From Gemmatimonadaceae bacterium (lineage in GTDB: Bacteria > Gemmatimonadota > Gemmatimonadetes > Gemmatimonadales > Gemmatimonadaceae): 64,000 nt of DNA. The first letter of the stretch is position 1, and each line of letters begins with the position of its first letter. Below, piece after piece: positions 30,569 to 39,332 of this stretch. The position numbers and the translations under genes are program-made. Under the pieces are notes generated by a model. The model did no database searches, had not been told where the DNA came from, and saw only the letters and a list, made by a program, of their open reading frames with translations. The stretch lies in contig JBHYGA010000006.1 in NCBI GenBank assembly GCA_051859245.1, forward strand, positions 160,001-224,000, in the 5' to 3' direction.

Positions 30569-31497
30569 TGCAACAACCGCACGCTGAACCACCGCTCAGG
30601 CACATCACACCGCTCGGCTCACCCGCCGTCACGAGCGTTGGGGCATCCAGGTTTCCGCTCTCCGAAGCGGAAACCGAAGCGTTGGTGCGTGCGGCGCTCG
30701 ATGAAGACGCAGCGTTTCACGATGTGTCCACGATTGCGACGGTCATGTCGGACCGTCACGTGCGCGGCGCGCTCGTGGCGCGACGTGCGGGCGTGATTGC
30801 CGGTGTGCCGCTGGCGTGCGAGGCGTTTCGAATTCTTGATGATCGTGCGTCCATTCGCGCTGAACATGTGGACGGCGCGCATGTAAATGCGGGCGACGTG
30901 GTGCTGCGCATTAACGGACACGCGCGTGCCATGCTCTCCGCTGAACGCGTCGCGCTGAACTTCATGCAGCGATTGTCTGGTGTGGCTACGCTCACATCAC
31001 GGTTTGTGACGGCGGTCAGCGGCACATCCGCACGCATTCTGGATACGCGCAAAACAACACCCGGCTGGCGCAAGCTGGAGAAGTACGCGGTGCTGTGTGG
31101 CGGCGGCGAAAATCACCGCATGGATTTGCGCAGCGGTGTGTTGATCAAAGACAACCATCTGGCCGCGATTGGTGGTGATGTGGCGTTGGCGGTGTCGCGC
31201 GCGCGTGGCATTGCGGCGCCCGGAACGCCCATTCAGGTAGAATGTGATACGCTCGAACAGGTGGAGTCTGCGCTCAGCGCTGGGGCCGACTCGATTCTGC
31301 TCGACAACATGTCGCTCGACGAGCTTCGCCGTGCGGTGGTGATGTGCAAGGATCGCGCAATCACCGAAGCGTCGGGTGGCGTTTCACTCGACACGGTGGC
31401 CGACATTGCACGGTGTGGTGTTGACCGAATTTCCATTGGCGCGCTCACACACAGCGCGCCCGCACTTGATCTGGCGCTCGACTTCGACGGTCTCTGA
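30568..31497 (+). CDS. nadC: Nicotinate-nucleotide diphosphorylase (carboxylating)
   Basis: ERVALNF, DTRKTTPG, LIKDNH, LLDNM, EASGG, SIGALTHS. Confidence 0.96.
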   Translation: MQQPHAEPPLRHITPLGSPAVTSVGASRFPLSEAETEALVRAALDEDAAFHDVSTIATVMSDRHVRGALVARRAGVIAGVPLACEAFRILDDRASIRAEHVDGAHVNAGDVVLRINGHARAMLSAERVALNFMQRLSGVATLTSRFVTAVSGTSARILDTRKTTPGWRKLEKYAVLCGGGENHRMDLRSGVLIKDNHLAAIGGDVALAVSRARGIAAPGTPIQVECDTLEQVESALSAGADSILLDNMSLDELRRAVVMCKDRAITEASGGVSLDTVADIARCGVDRISIGALTHSAPALDLALDFDGL

Positions 31498-31518
31498 CCG
31501 TTTTCCGGTGTTCTGACC

Positions 31519-32448
31519 ATGCCTGTTCGCATTCCCCTGATCACTGACCCAGCCGCGCGCGTACTGCTCGATGGTCTGGTCGACTTTGCTGGCCTCTTTC
31601 CTCCCGCGTCACTTTCCATGCCCGACGCGGTCAAACAGTATGCGAAAGCCCGTGGCGGCGAAGCGGGTTGGATGCTCGGCCGCTTTGTGTGTCCCGTCGC
31701 GCAGCTCGAGTCATTCGGCGCTGTGGCCGAGCCGTTGTTGCCACGTGATGCGGGCGCGATTCCGTGGCGCCTCTCGGCGATTGGTTCCGGTGATCATGCG
31801 GCCGACGCCGCTGCGATTGCTGTGATCAACGAGTCGCATCGTTGGAGTTGGGATGAGTGCAGCGCGATCGTTGACACGATCGAGACGCGTGCGTCGTCCG
31901 TTGCGGAAATTGAGCAGATCGACCGTGCGTTTGGTGCGCAGGCCACGGTGTATGTGGAGCTTTCCCCAGACGCCGAACTGGCGCCGTTGCTTGCCGCGCT
32001 CGCGCGAACGGGTCGTCGTGCCAAATTGCGCACCGGTGGTGTGGTCCCCGATGCGTTTCCGACCGCGGATTCGATTGTGGCGTTCATTGACGCGTGCGTT
32101 GAAGCGGGCGTGCCGTTCAAGGCCACGGCGGGTTTGCATCACGCCATGTGCGGGCACTACGCGCTTACCTACGCGCCCGATAGTGCAACGGCGCCAATGT
32201 ATGGCTACCTGAATATTGCACTCGCTGTTGCGCTGCGATTGGCCAACGCATCGGGTGACGTGATGCTCAACGCGCTGCACGAATCGGATCGCTCCTCAAT
32301 CACGTTCTCCGACGAAAGTGTGAAGTGGCGATCGCACACGCTTGATCGCACGCGCATCGCGCATATGCGGGAGCATGTGTTTACATCTTTCGGTTCGTGT
32401 TCGTTTGCCGAGCCAGTGTCCGAAGGGCGCGCGATGGGTGCGTGGTAA
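31519..32448 (+). CDS. Conserved hypothetical protein translationally coupled to fahA
   Basis: LVDFAGLFPPA, KLRTGG, FKATAGLHH, FGSCSFAEP motifs; TAATG overlap. Confidence 0.75.
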   Translation: MPVRIPLITDPAARVLLDGLVDFAGLFPPASLSMPDAVKQYAKARGGEAGWMLGRFVCPVAQLESFGAVAEPLLPRDAGAIPWRLSAIGSGDHAADAAAIAVINESHRWSWDECSAIVDTIETRASSVAEIEQIDRAFGAQATVYVELSPDAELAPLLAALARTGRRAKLRTGGVVPDAFPTADSIVAFIDACVEAGVPFKATAGLHHAMCGHYALTYAPDSATAPMYGYLNIALAVALRLANASGDVMLNALHESDRSSITFSDESVKWRSHTLDRTRIAHMREHVFTSFGSCSFAEPVSEGRAMGAW

Positions 32449-33776
32449 TGGCGGATTCGTTGGAAAGTCTGGCGGCCACACTCGATCCGTCGCGCCGCAG
32501 TTGGGTGGCGTCGGCGAACGAATCAGATACTGACTTTCCCATCCAGAATCTTCCGTTCTGCGTGTTTGAGCGCGAGGCGGAGTCTCCACGCGTTGGTGTG
32601 GCGATTGGTGATCAGCTTGTCGATGTGTCCGCTGCATTCGACGCCGGCGTCTTCACGGGTGCGGCACTCGATGCGGCGCGCGCGTGTGGCGAACGCACTC
32701 TGAACACGCTCATGTCGATGGGGCGAGCACCTGCGCGTGCGCTGCGTGTGCAACTGTCCGAGTGGCTCGCGACAACCGCCTCCACTGAACAGCGTGCGCA
32801 GATCGAGCCACTGCTCGTTCCGATGCATGCTGTGCGTTTGCTGCTGCCGGCAACCGTTGGCGACTACACAGATTTTTACGCGTCGGTACATCACGCCACA
32901 AATGTGGGACGCATGTTTCGCCCGGATCAGCCACTGCTGCCCAACTACAAATGGGTGCCGATTGGCTATCACGGACGCGCGTCCAGCGTGGTCGTGAGTG
33001 GTACGCCCGTCACACGTCCGGTTGGACAGCGCAAAGCACCAACAGACGATGCACCAACCGTAGGCCCATCACGCTCGCTCGATTACGAACTCGAACTCGG
33101 GGCGTGGGTAGGAGCAGGTAACGCACTCGGGAACACGATTGGCATTGATCGCGCCGAGGAGCATTTGTTCGGGGTCTGTTTGCTCAACGACTGGAGTGCG
33201 CGTGACCTGCAGTCGTGGGAGTACCAGCCACTCGGCCCGTTCCTGGCGAAGAACTTTGCGAGCACGGTGAGTCCGTTTGTTGTGACGCTCGACGCACTGG
33301 AGCCTTATCGGGCACCGCTGGCACCTCGGGATGCATCTGATCCGGAGCCGTTACCGTACTTGTCTGGCGCGGACGACCGCGCGCGCGGAGGTTTGAACAT
33401 CACGCTCGAGGTGTGGCTTCGCACGACGCGTATGCGTGATGCGGGACACAACGCGGTGCGCATTTCGCGCAGCAACTCGCTGGATCTGTATTGGAGCTTC
33501 GCACAAATGCTCACGCATCACGCGAGCAACGGGTGCAATATGCGAGCTGGTGATTTGATTGGCAGCGGTACGGTGTCGGGTCCGCTGCCGGGTTCGCAAG
33601 GCTGTTTGCTGGAGCTCACCAAGCGCGCGGCCGAGCCCATCGCGCTGCCCAATGGTGAGACGCGCGGGTTTCTTGAAGATGGCGATGAAGTGGTGCTGCG
33701 CGCGTTTGCGCAGCGCGACGGTGCGGTGCGAATTGGTTTTGGTGCGTGCGCCGGTGTGGTGGTTGGCTCGCAGTAG
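32448..33776 (+). CDS. fahA: Fumarylacetoacetase
   Basis: DFPIQNLPF, DYTDFY, HATNVG, PIGYHGRASS, LDYELE, NDWSARDLQSWEYQPLGPFLAKNF. Confidence 0.95.
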   Translation: MADSLESLAATLDPSRRSWVASANESDTDFPIQNLPFCVFEREAESPRVGVAIGDQLVDVSAAFDAGVFTGAALDAARACGERTLNTLMSMGRAPARALRVQLSEWLATTASTEQRAQIEPLLVPMHAVRLLLPATVGDYTDFYASVHHATNVGRMFRPDQPLLPNYKWVPIGYHGRASSVVVSGTPVTRPVGQRKAPTDDAPTVGPSRSLDYELELGAWVGAGNALGNTIGIDRAEEHLFGVCLLNDWSARDLQSWEYQPLGPFLAKNFASTVSPFVVTLDALEPYRAPLAPRDASDPEPLPYLSGADDRARGGLNITLEVWLRTTRMRDAGHNAVRISRSNSLDLYWSFAQMLTHHASNGCNMRAGDLIGSGTVSGPLPGSQGCLLELTKRAAEPIALPNGETRGFLEDGDEVVLRAFAQRDGAVRIGFGACAGVVVGSQ

Positions 33777-33816
33777 TGCAGCAGGTCCTGTCTACATTCC
33801 TGAAGTGGAGAGAACA

Positions 33817-34521
33817 ATGCAGATGATGAAGCGTTCAATGTTGGCGCTCGCCGCGGCGGCGTTGCTGCCGACCGTGGTGATGGCGCAGGCAGACAGTGAA
33901 GAGTCGCGGAAAGTGGCTGGCGGTGGCATTTCAATTCCGGGCTGGACTGGTGTGATCGATGCCAAGGAAAAGGCGGCCGGTCAGGTGCTCAACAACGCCA
34001 AGCTGTCGATGGACGGCAAAGTGATGAAGGTGGTGACGGGTCCCGCGGTCACGTACTGGAATCCGGCCAACAAGGCCACGGGTGATTACACGGTCAAGGC
34101 CACGTTCAATGAACCGCAGTTCATGAATGTGAACAACCACGCGCATCCGTACGGCATTGTGATTGCCGGCAACGATCTTGGCACGGACGCAGGCAGCTAC
34201 CTCTACTGCGCGGCGTACGGCGACGGACGTTTCATTGTGCGCGGCATGGGCCCGGCACCGTTCCAGATGAACGGTCGCGGTGAAGCCAACGCGGCGATCA
34301 ACAAGGCCGCCGGCAAGATGTCGCCGGTGTCGCAGGAAATCGCCGTGTCAGTCAAGGGCAACAGCGTCACGTGCGCGATCAACGGCACGGTTGTGGGCAC
34401 GTATGACAAGGCCGCGCTCGTTGGCGCGGGCAAGCTCAAGTCAACGGACGGTGTGTACGGAATTCGCTTTGGTCACAATACCGACGCAACGGTGAGCGGC
34501 TTCACGATGACCAAGCCGTAA
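33817..34521 (+). CDS. Secreted hypothetical protein, beta-sandwich (DUF1080-like)
   Basis: GGAG RBS, signal peptide ...VMA-Q; GDYTVKATF, HPYGIVIAG, GVYGIR. Confidence 0.7.
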   Translation: MQMMKRSMLALAAAALLPTVVMAQADSEESRKVAGGGISIPGWTGVIDAKEKAAGQVLNNAKLSMDGKVMKVVTGPAVTYWNPANKATGDYTVKATFNEPQFMNVNNHAHPYGIVIAGNDLGTDAGSYLYCAAYGDGRFIVRGMGPAPFQMNGRGEANAAINKAAGKMSPVSQEIAVSVKGNSVTCAINGTVVGTYDKAALVGAGKLKSTDGVYGIRFGHNTDATVSGFTMTKP

Positions 34522-34543
34522 CACGCGGCAATCTGTTGCGGGC

Positions 34544-35371
34544 TCAGTGCGACGGGTTCGGTGTGTGAAAGGAACCGGTGAGGCGCGCGATGATGGCGCG
34601 CACACCGGTTTTTTTCTTGCGCGCTGGTTTCGGCGTCACGCCGAGCAATGCCATCTGATGTGCGCGCACCGTCGCCTCGGCCGCCGCCAAACGCGCCAGC
34701 GCCTTCTTCTGTTTGCGCAACTTCCAGCGTTTCGCGATCCACAGCACTGATGTGCCGGTCACAATGGAAACGCCCGCACCAATGAGGCCCAAAGTGAGTC
34801 CGAGTTCCTGCAGCTGCCCCTGACGCACGTGCTCAGGTACCGCGGCCATGAACGCGTAGCCGAAGCTCGCCCACAGGGCGACGAATTGGCCATTCATGGC
34901 CCAACTGCGACGAGTCTTGCGATGCAGCGCCAACAACCCCAACGCTGCACCAGACGCAAGCACTGCAGACACTTCGGAGAGATCACCGGGATCAAACGCC
35001 GCAGCACCACCCATTGCGCCGAGCGCTGTTCCGGTTGCCACCGACGCCGCGGTGAGCCAACGACGCCACGAGGAGATCTCCGCCTCGCTCGTCACCACGG
35101 GCGCCGAGGATTGCGCGACCGCGCTCGCGAGCGCCGAAAGCTCTTCAGCTTGTTTGACGAGCAGCTGCTCGCTCGCATGCGGCACGCGCTCCAACGCAAC
35201 GCGATCGAGTACAATGCGCTCCTTGAGCGCCTGCTCGAGTGCGATCGGCGAGATCTGCAGTTCCTGCGCCCGCTCCCGAAGCGCCGAGAACGCGCGCCCC
35301 TGCGTGTCGATCTCCGCGGCGCGCGCCAGGATCTGCTCGATTTCCTGCGGCGAGAGGGGCTGGTCGGTCAT
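34544..35371 (-). CDS. Membrane protein, paralog 4 of 4
   Basis: MTDQPLSPQEIEQILARAAEID...ELQISPIALEQAL; about 4 TM; ends SFHTPNPSH. Confidence 0.8.
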   Translation of the reverse strand: MTDQPLSPQEIEQILARAAEIDTQGRAFSALRERAQELQISPIALEQALKERIVLDRVALERVPHASEQLLVKQAEELSALASAVAQSSAPVVTSEAEISSWRRWLTAASVATGTALGAMGGAAAFDPGDLSEVSAVLASGAALGLLALHRKTRRSWAMNGQFVALWASFGYAFMAAVPEHVRQGQLQELGLTLGLIGAGVSIVTGTSVLWIAKRWKLRKQKKALARLAAAEATVRAHQMALLGVTPKPARKKKTGVRAIIARLTGSFHTPNPSH

Positions 35372-35375
35372 AGGG

Positions 35376-36089
35376 TCAGATCGGAGTGCTGAAGTGCGGC
35401 GGCAGCGGGGTGGAGAACGTCCGCGCCCCTTCGGAATGATAACCAGACGGCGGGCCGAGGTTGCTCCGGTCGGGTTGGCGAGCGGCCGTGTGTGATCGCG
35501 CGCGCGCACTCGCCGTCTCGCGCCACTTCACCAGGAGCCGTCTCGCCTGATGCACCAAGCCGCTGATCGTCGCACTCACACCACCGCCGATGAGCGCCAT
35601 TTCAAAGGCCCAGCCCTGAAACTCGCCGTGTCCCACGGCCCAGCCGTAGGCGTAACTCGCCCAGAGTACGGCGATGCGCCCGAACAGCGCCCAGGGTCGC
35701 GCATCGCGGCGATAGGGCCAGGTGAGCGTGATGCTCAGGGCGATCAGCAGGAACACCGTGAACTCGGTGAGACTGTCGCCCCCTGGCGGTCTGTAATCCA
35801 GGCCAGCGGCCATGCCGCTGAGCGCCCCCACGCCAACCGTTGCGGCCGCGAGCCAGCCGCGGAATCGTGACCGCATCGACGTCGGTGTCTTGATCGACGC
35901 AGCGATCACAGCCACTTCCTTTTCGCGCGCGATCTCCGCCAGTGCCTGATCCATTGCCGCTGGCGAAATGTTCAGCTGTGCGGCGATGTCGCGCAGTTGA
36001 GTAAGCTGCGCATCATTGCGTGTATCAAGTTCGCGCGCCCGCGCGATCACGCGTTGCAGCTCGTTCTCGTTGAGTGGTGTGGGCGACAT
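35376..36089 (-). CDS. Membrane protein, paralog 3 of 4
   Basis: MSPTPLNENELQRVIARARELD...QLNISPAAMDQAL; about 4 TM; ends TFSTPLPPHFSTPI. Confidence 0.8.
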   Translation of the reverse strand: MSPTPLNENELQRVIARARELDTRNDAQLTQLRDIAAQLNISPAAMDQALAEIAREKEVAVIAASIKTPTSMRSRFRGWLAAATVGVGALSGMAAGLDYRPPGGDSLTEFTVFLLIALSITLTWPYRRDARPWALFGRIAVLWASYAYGWAVGHGEFQGWAFEMALIGGGVSATISGLVHQARRLLVKWRETASARARSHTAARQPDRSNLGPPSGYHSEGARTFSTPLPPHFSTPI

Positions 36090-36118
36090 GGATCAGCGGG
36101 TGAGGGTGTTGACAACGG

Positions 36119-36760
36119 TCACGGTACTGGTGTCGCAAAACTCTGGCCGCTCGCACTTACGTTGCCCGAAGCATCGGAATGCTCTCGCAGCGGCAATCGC
36201 GCGATCACACCAGTCGCCATGGCAATTGTGAGGCCAACCGCCGCAAATCCGGCGATATCCTCGTGAAACGACTGCGTTGTGAACGAAAAACCCAAGCACC
36301 ACGTGAGCCAGAACGTGGCGAGTTGTCGCAGCATTGGCCCGATGTGTGTGCGCTCGCGATAGAGCAGCACAATCAACAGCGAAGCGAGCGTGAGTGCGCC
36401 AAGTGTGACACTTGCGAACTCGACACTGATCGGTTGCGTGATCGCACGGCTCGCATGATTTACGCCCGCGATTGCACCCGCGATCGTCCCCGCCGTCGCA
36501 ACGGCGGCAGTGGCCGTCGCAATCCACCGCCGTGCCAACCGCCGGGTACTGCCAGACACACTCTGCTGTGTTGGCACCGCTGCAGCTTTCACACGCTCGT
36601 ACTCTGCCAGCGCCTGCTCGACCGCGCGCGGCGAGATATCGAGCTCCGCCGCAATTTCACGCAGTCGTGCGCGCGACTGCGATTCACCACCTGCGTCAAT
36701 CTCTGCTGCGCGCGCCAGGACGCGTTGCAGCTCGTGCTCGTTGAACGGTGTGTCAGGCAT
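36119..36760 (-). CDS. Membrane protein, paralog 2 of 4
   Basis: MPDTPFNEHELQRVLARAAEID...ELDISPRAVEQAL; about 4 TM; ends SFATPVP; GAGG RBS. Confidence 0.8.
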   Translation of the reverse strand: MPDTPFNEHELQRVLARAAEIDAGGESQSRARLREIAAELDISPRAVEQALAEYERVKAAAVPTQQSVSGSTRRLARRWIATATAAVATAGTIAGAIAGVNHASRAITQPISVEFASVTLGALTLASLLIVLLYRERTHIGPMLRQLATFWLTWCLGFSFTTQSFHEDIAGFAAVGLTIAMATGVIARLPLREHSDASGNVSASGQSFATPVP

Positions 36761-36796
36761 CATCACCTCGTGGTCAGGAGCGTGAGCGCCGAACGA

Positions 36797-37468
36797 TCAG
36801 GGGTTCGGCGTGGCGTACGAGGAAGGCAGGGGGGTGATGTACGACGACCCTTTGCGCGTGATGTGGTAGCGCTGCAGGAGTGTTTGCAAGCCAACACCAA
36901 CCATGGCAGACACGCCGAATCCGCACGTGCCAACAAACAAAATGTCGTCCCAGAAGTGACCGTATGACGTCATGAAACCGTACATCCACGTACCCCAGAA
37001 CGAGGCGAGCTGCAGCATCATCTGCGCTGGCGAGCGACTTCGTCGATGCGACCACACAAGCAGCAACGAAATTCCGGCGAGCAAACTCAGCGTGGTGGCG
37101 ATCACCACATCATCGTAGCGGAAGTTCGCGCGCGACGACGCGCCCGTCACGGCGCCCAACGCTGCACCTGCAGCGACCACGCCAGCCGTGATCCAGGTTT
37201 TCCACCGCGCTGTGCGACGGGGTGGCGCATCTGCGATATGGTCGGCCGCCTGCACCGCGAACTGCGGATGCCCATCGCGCACGACCGGCACACCAACCCC
37301 TGCTACACGCTCCGCAATCGCTCGCTCAATCGCCACCGGCGAAAGATTTAGCTCCACTGCGATTTGTCGAAACCGCTCAATCGTTGGTGCAGATTCCTGC
37401 GCGTCAATTTCAATCGCGCGCGCAATCAGTCGTTCCAGTTCCTGCTCGCTCAGCGGTGCATCAGACAT
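36797..37468 (-). CDS. Membrane protein, paralog 1 of 4
   Basis: MSDAPLSEQELERLIARAIEID...ELNLSPVAIERAI; about 4 TM; ends SYITPLPSSYATPNP; GGAG RBS. Confidence 0.8.
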   Translation of the reverse strand: MSDAPLSEQELERLIARAIEIDAQESAPTIERFRQIAVELNLSPVAIERAIAERVAGVGVPVVRDGHPQFAVQAADHIADAPPRRTARWKTWITAGVVAAGAALGAVTGASSRANFRYDDVVIATTLSLLAGISLLLVWSHRRSRSPAQMMLQLASFWGTWMYGFMTSYGHFWDDILFVGTCGFGVSAMVGVGLQTLLQRYHITRKGSSYITPLPSSYATPNP

Positions 37469-37527
37469 GGGCTCTCCGGGGCTCTGTGGTCCACCCACAA
37501 ATAATACGGTTTCGTTTCATCGCTCGC

Positions 37528-38145
37528 TCATCGCTCGCTCATCGCGATCACGGTGTTCCACTCGGCTTCCGTGACCGGAACCACAGAGAGCCGCCCCACC
37601 CGAATCAGCGCCATCTCCGAGAGCGCCGGCTCAGCCTTGATTTCCGGCAGTGCGACGGCGCGCTTCAGTTTGCGCACCGCTTTCACATCAACCATGAACC
37701 ACGTTGGCATCTCGGGATCTGACTTGTCGTCGAAATACGCGTGCGTGGGATCCCACGCCGTGTGATCCGGATAGCCTTCGCGCACCACCTCGCAAATGCC
37801 CACAATCGCCGAGGGTTCAGCGTTCGAGTGGTAGTAAAAGACGAGGTCGCCACGCTTCATACCGTCACGCAGAAAATTGCGCGCGCCCGTGTTGCGCACA
37901 CTGTCCCAGCACGTCGTGCGTTTGGGCGCCGCTTCGAGATCGTCAAACGAAAACACATCAGGCTCGGATTTCACGAGCCAGTAGCGACGCTCGCCGTTCG
38001 CACGCGCATACACGTGCGCCCACTTACCCTGATCATACGGCATGGACTGCGGAGCCTTTTTCGCCGCAGACTTCTTCCCAGCCGACTTTTCTGATGCGCT
38101 GACTGCCGTTTTTGCCACTTTCTTCACCGCCTTCTTCACCGCCAT
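37528..38145 (-). CDS. EVE domain protein with Lys/Ala-rich N-terminal extension
   Basis: YWLVKSEP, WDSVRN..ARN, GDLVFYYHS, YFDDKS, RLSVVPV. Confidence 0.92.
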   Translation of the reverse strand: MAVKKAVKKVAKTAVSASEKSAGKKSAAKKAPQSMPYDQGKWAHVYARANGERRYWLVKSEPDVFSFDDLEAAPKRTTCWDSVRNTGARNFLRDGMKRGDLVFYYHSNAEPSAIVGICEVVREGYPDHTAWDPTHAYFDDKSDPEMPTWFMVDVKAVRKLKRAVALPEIKAEPALSEMALIRVGRLSVVPVTEAEWNTVIAMSER

Positions 38146-38385
38146 ATCCCAACGCTCCACACGTGTGCTAATTCCGAAGGGACCTGCGGCCGCATCGTCG
38201 GCCACCGGTCGAACGGCTGAACGTACCTACGGACAACGACCCCCGGAATCTTCAGGTGCCCGCACGCCGCGCTCACCGAATGCCGCTCCAAGCATGCTCC
38301 GCGCTAACCGCACGATGCAACGTCCGCACGCACCGGCCCGTAGCTGCACCGAACCTCACGCCCCGCACGCCCGCGCATTAACATC

Positions 38386-39261
38386 TTGGCCGTGGACATC
38401 ACGACAGAATCAGCCATTCCGGGGCGCGCGCTCGCGGCCATCGACTTTGGCATCAGCAACACCGACGCGGTCAGCCTCATCGACGGCACCGTGTATCGCT
38501 GGACGCGCCCCACCGACGGCGTGCCCAACGATGAGGTCGTGCATTCCGTGCTCGCCGAAGGCGGGTTGTCCCTCGCGGTATTGCCGCATCTCGCGGTGAC
38601 GGGCGGTCGCCACCGCATTTTGCCCGCGCGCATTGACAGCATTCCGCTGCGGGCTGTGAACGAAGTCACCGCCATTGGACGTGGCGGACAAACCCTCGGT
38701 GCTATCGACGAAAGCAATACGACCGCACCAATGCTTGTCGTGAGCGCCGGCTCCGGCACTGCCGTGGTCGCCGCGCGCGGACGCGAATACGCGCATGTGA
38801 CCGGAACCGGTGTGGGCGGTGGCACCCTGCAAGGGCTGGGACGACTACTGCTGGGGACGAATGACGCCAAGGCGATTGACGCACTCGCACAAACCGGCAA
38901 CGCCAACGGCGCCGATCTCAGCATTGGCGATGTCATCAGCGGCAAACTCGGTACACTCCCTCCCGATGCAACCGCGGTGAACTTTGGTCGACTCGCGCAC
39001 CTCGCGCCGGATGCGTCAACGCCCGATCTCGCGGCCGCGCTCATGACGCTCGTGGGACAAGTCATTGCCATCACCGCGATCAACGCTGCACGCGCCGAAC
39101 GACTCGATCGCATTGTGATGATCGGACACATGACCGACATGCCGAGCTTTCGGTCGGTGGTTGAGCGCGTGGGCGAGTACTACAGCACAGAAATCACGCT
39201 CCCGCTGCACGCCGGCTTCGGCACGGCGATCGGCGCGATGTTGCACGAGGCCAACGGCTAG
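38386..39261 (+). CDS. Type II (fumble/CoaW-like) pantothenate kinase family protein
   Basis: AVTGG, VNEVTAIGRG, VVSAGSGT, VTGTGVGGGTLQGL, DLSIGD, TAVNFG, AIGA. Confidence 0.8.
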   Translation: MAVDITTESAIPGRALAAIDFGISNTDAVSLIDGTVYRWTRPTDGVPNDEVVHSVLAEGGLSLAVLPHLAVTGGRHRILPARIDSIPLRAVNEVTAIGRGGQTLGAIDESNTTAPMLVVSAGSGTAVVAARGREYAHVTGTGVGGGTLQGLGRLLLGTNDAKAIDALAQTGNANGADLSIGDVISGKLGTLPPDATAVNFGRLAHLAPDASTPDLAAALMTLVGQVIAITAINAARAERLDRIVMIGHMTDMPSFRSVVERVGEYYSTEITLPLHAGFGTAIGAMLHEANG

Positions 39262-39332
39262 ACCAGAATTGAAGGGTCTCCAGCGGTGTCGCTTGAGCGC
39301 ATGCTGTTTGTCCCCTTCAAGAGCCCACGTCT

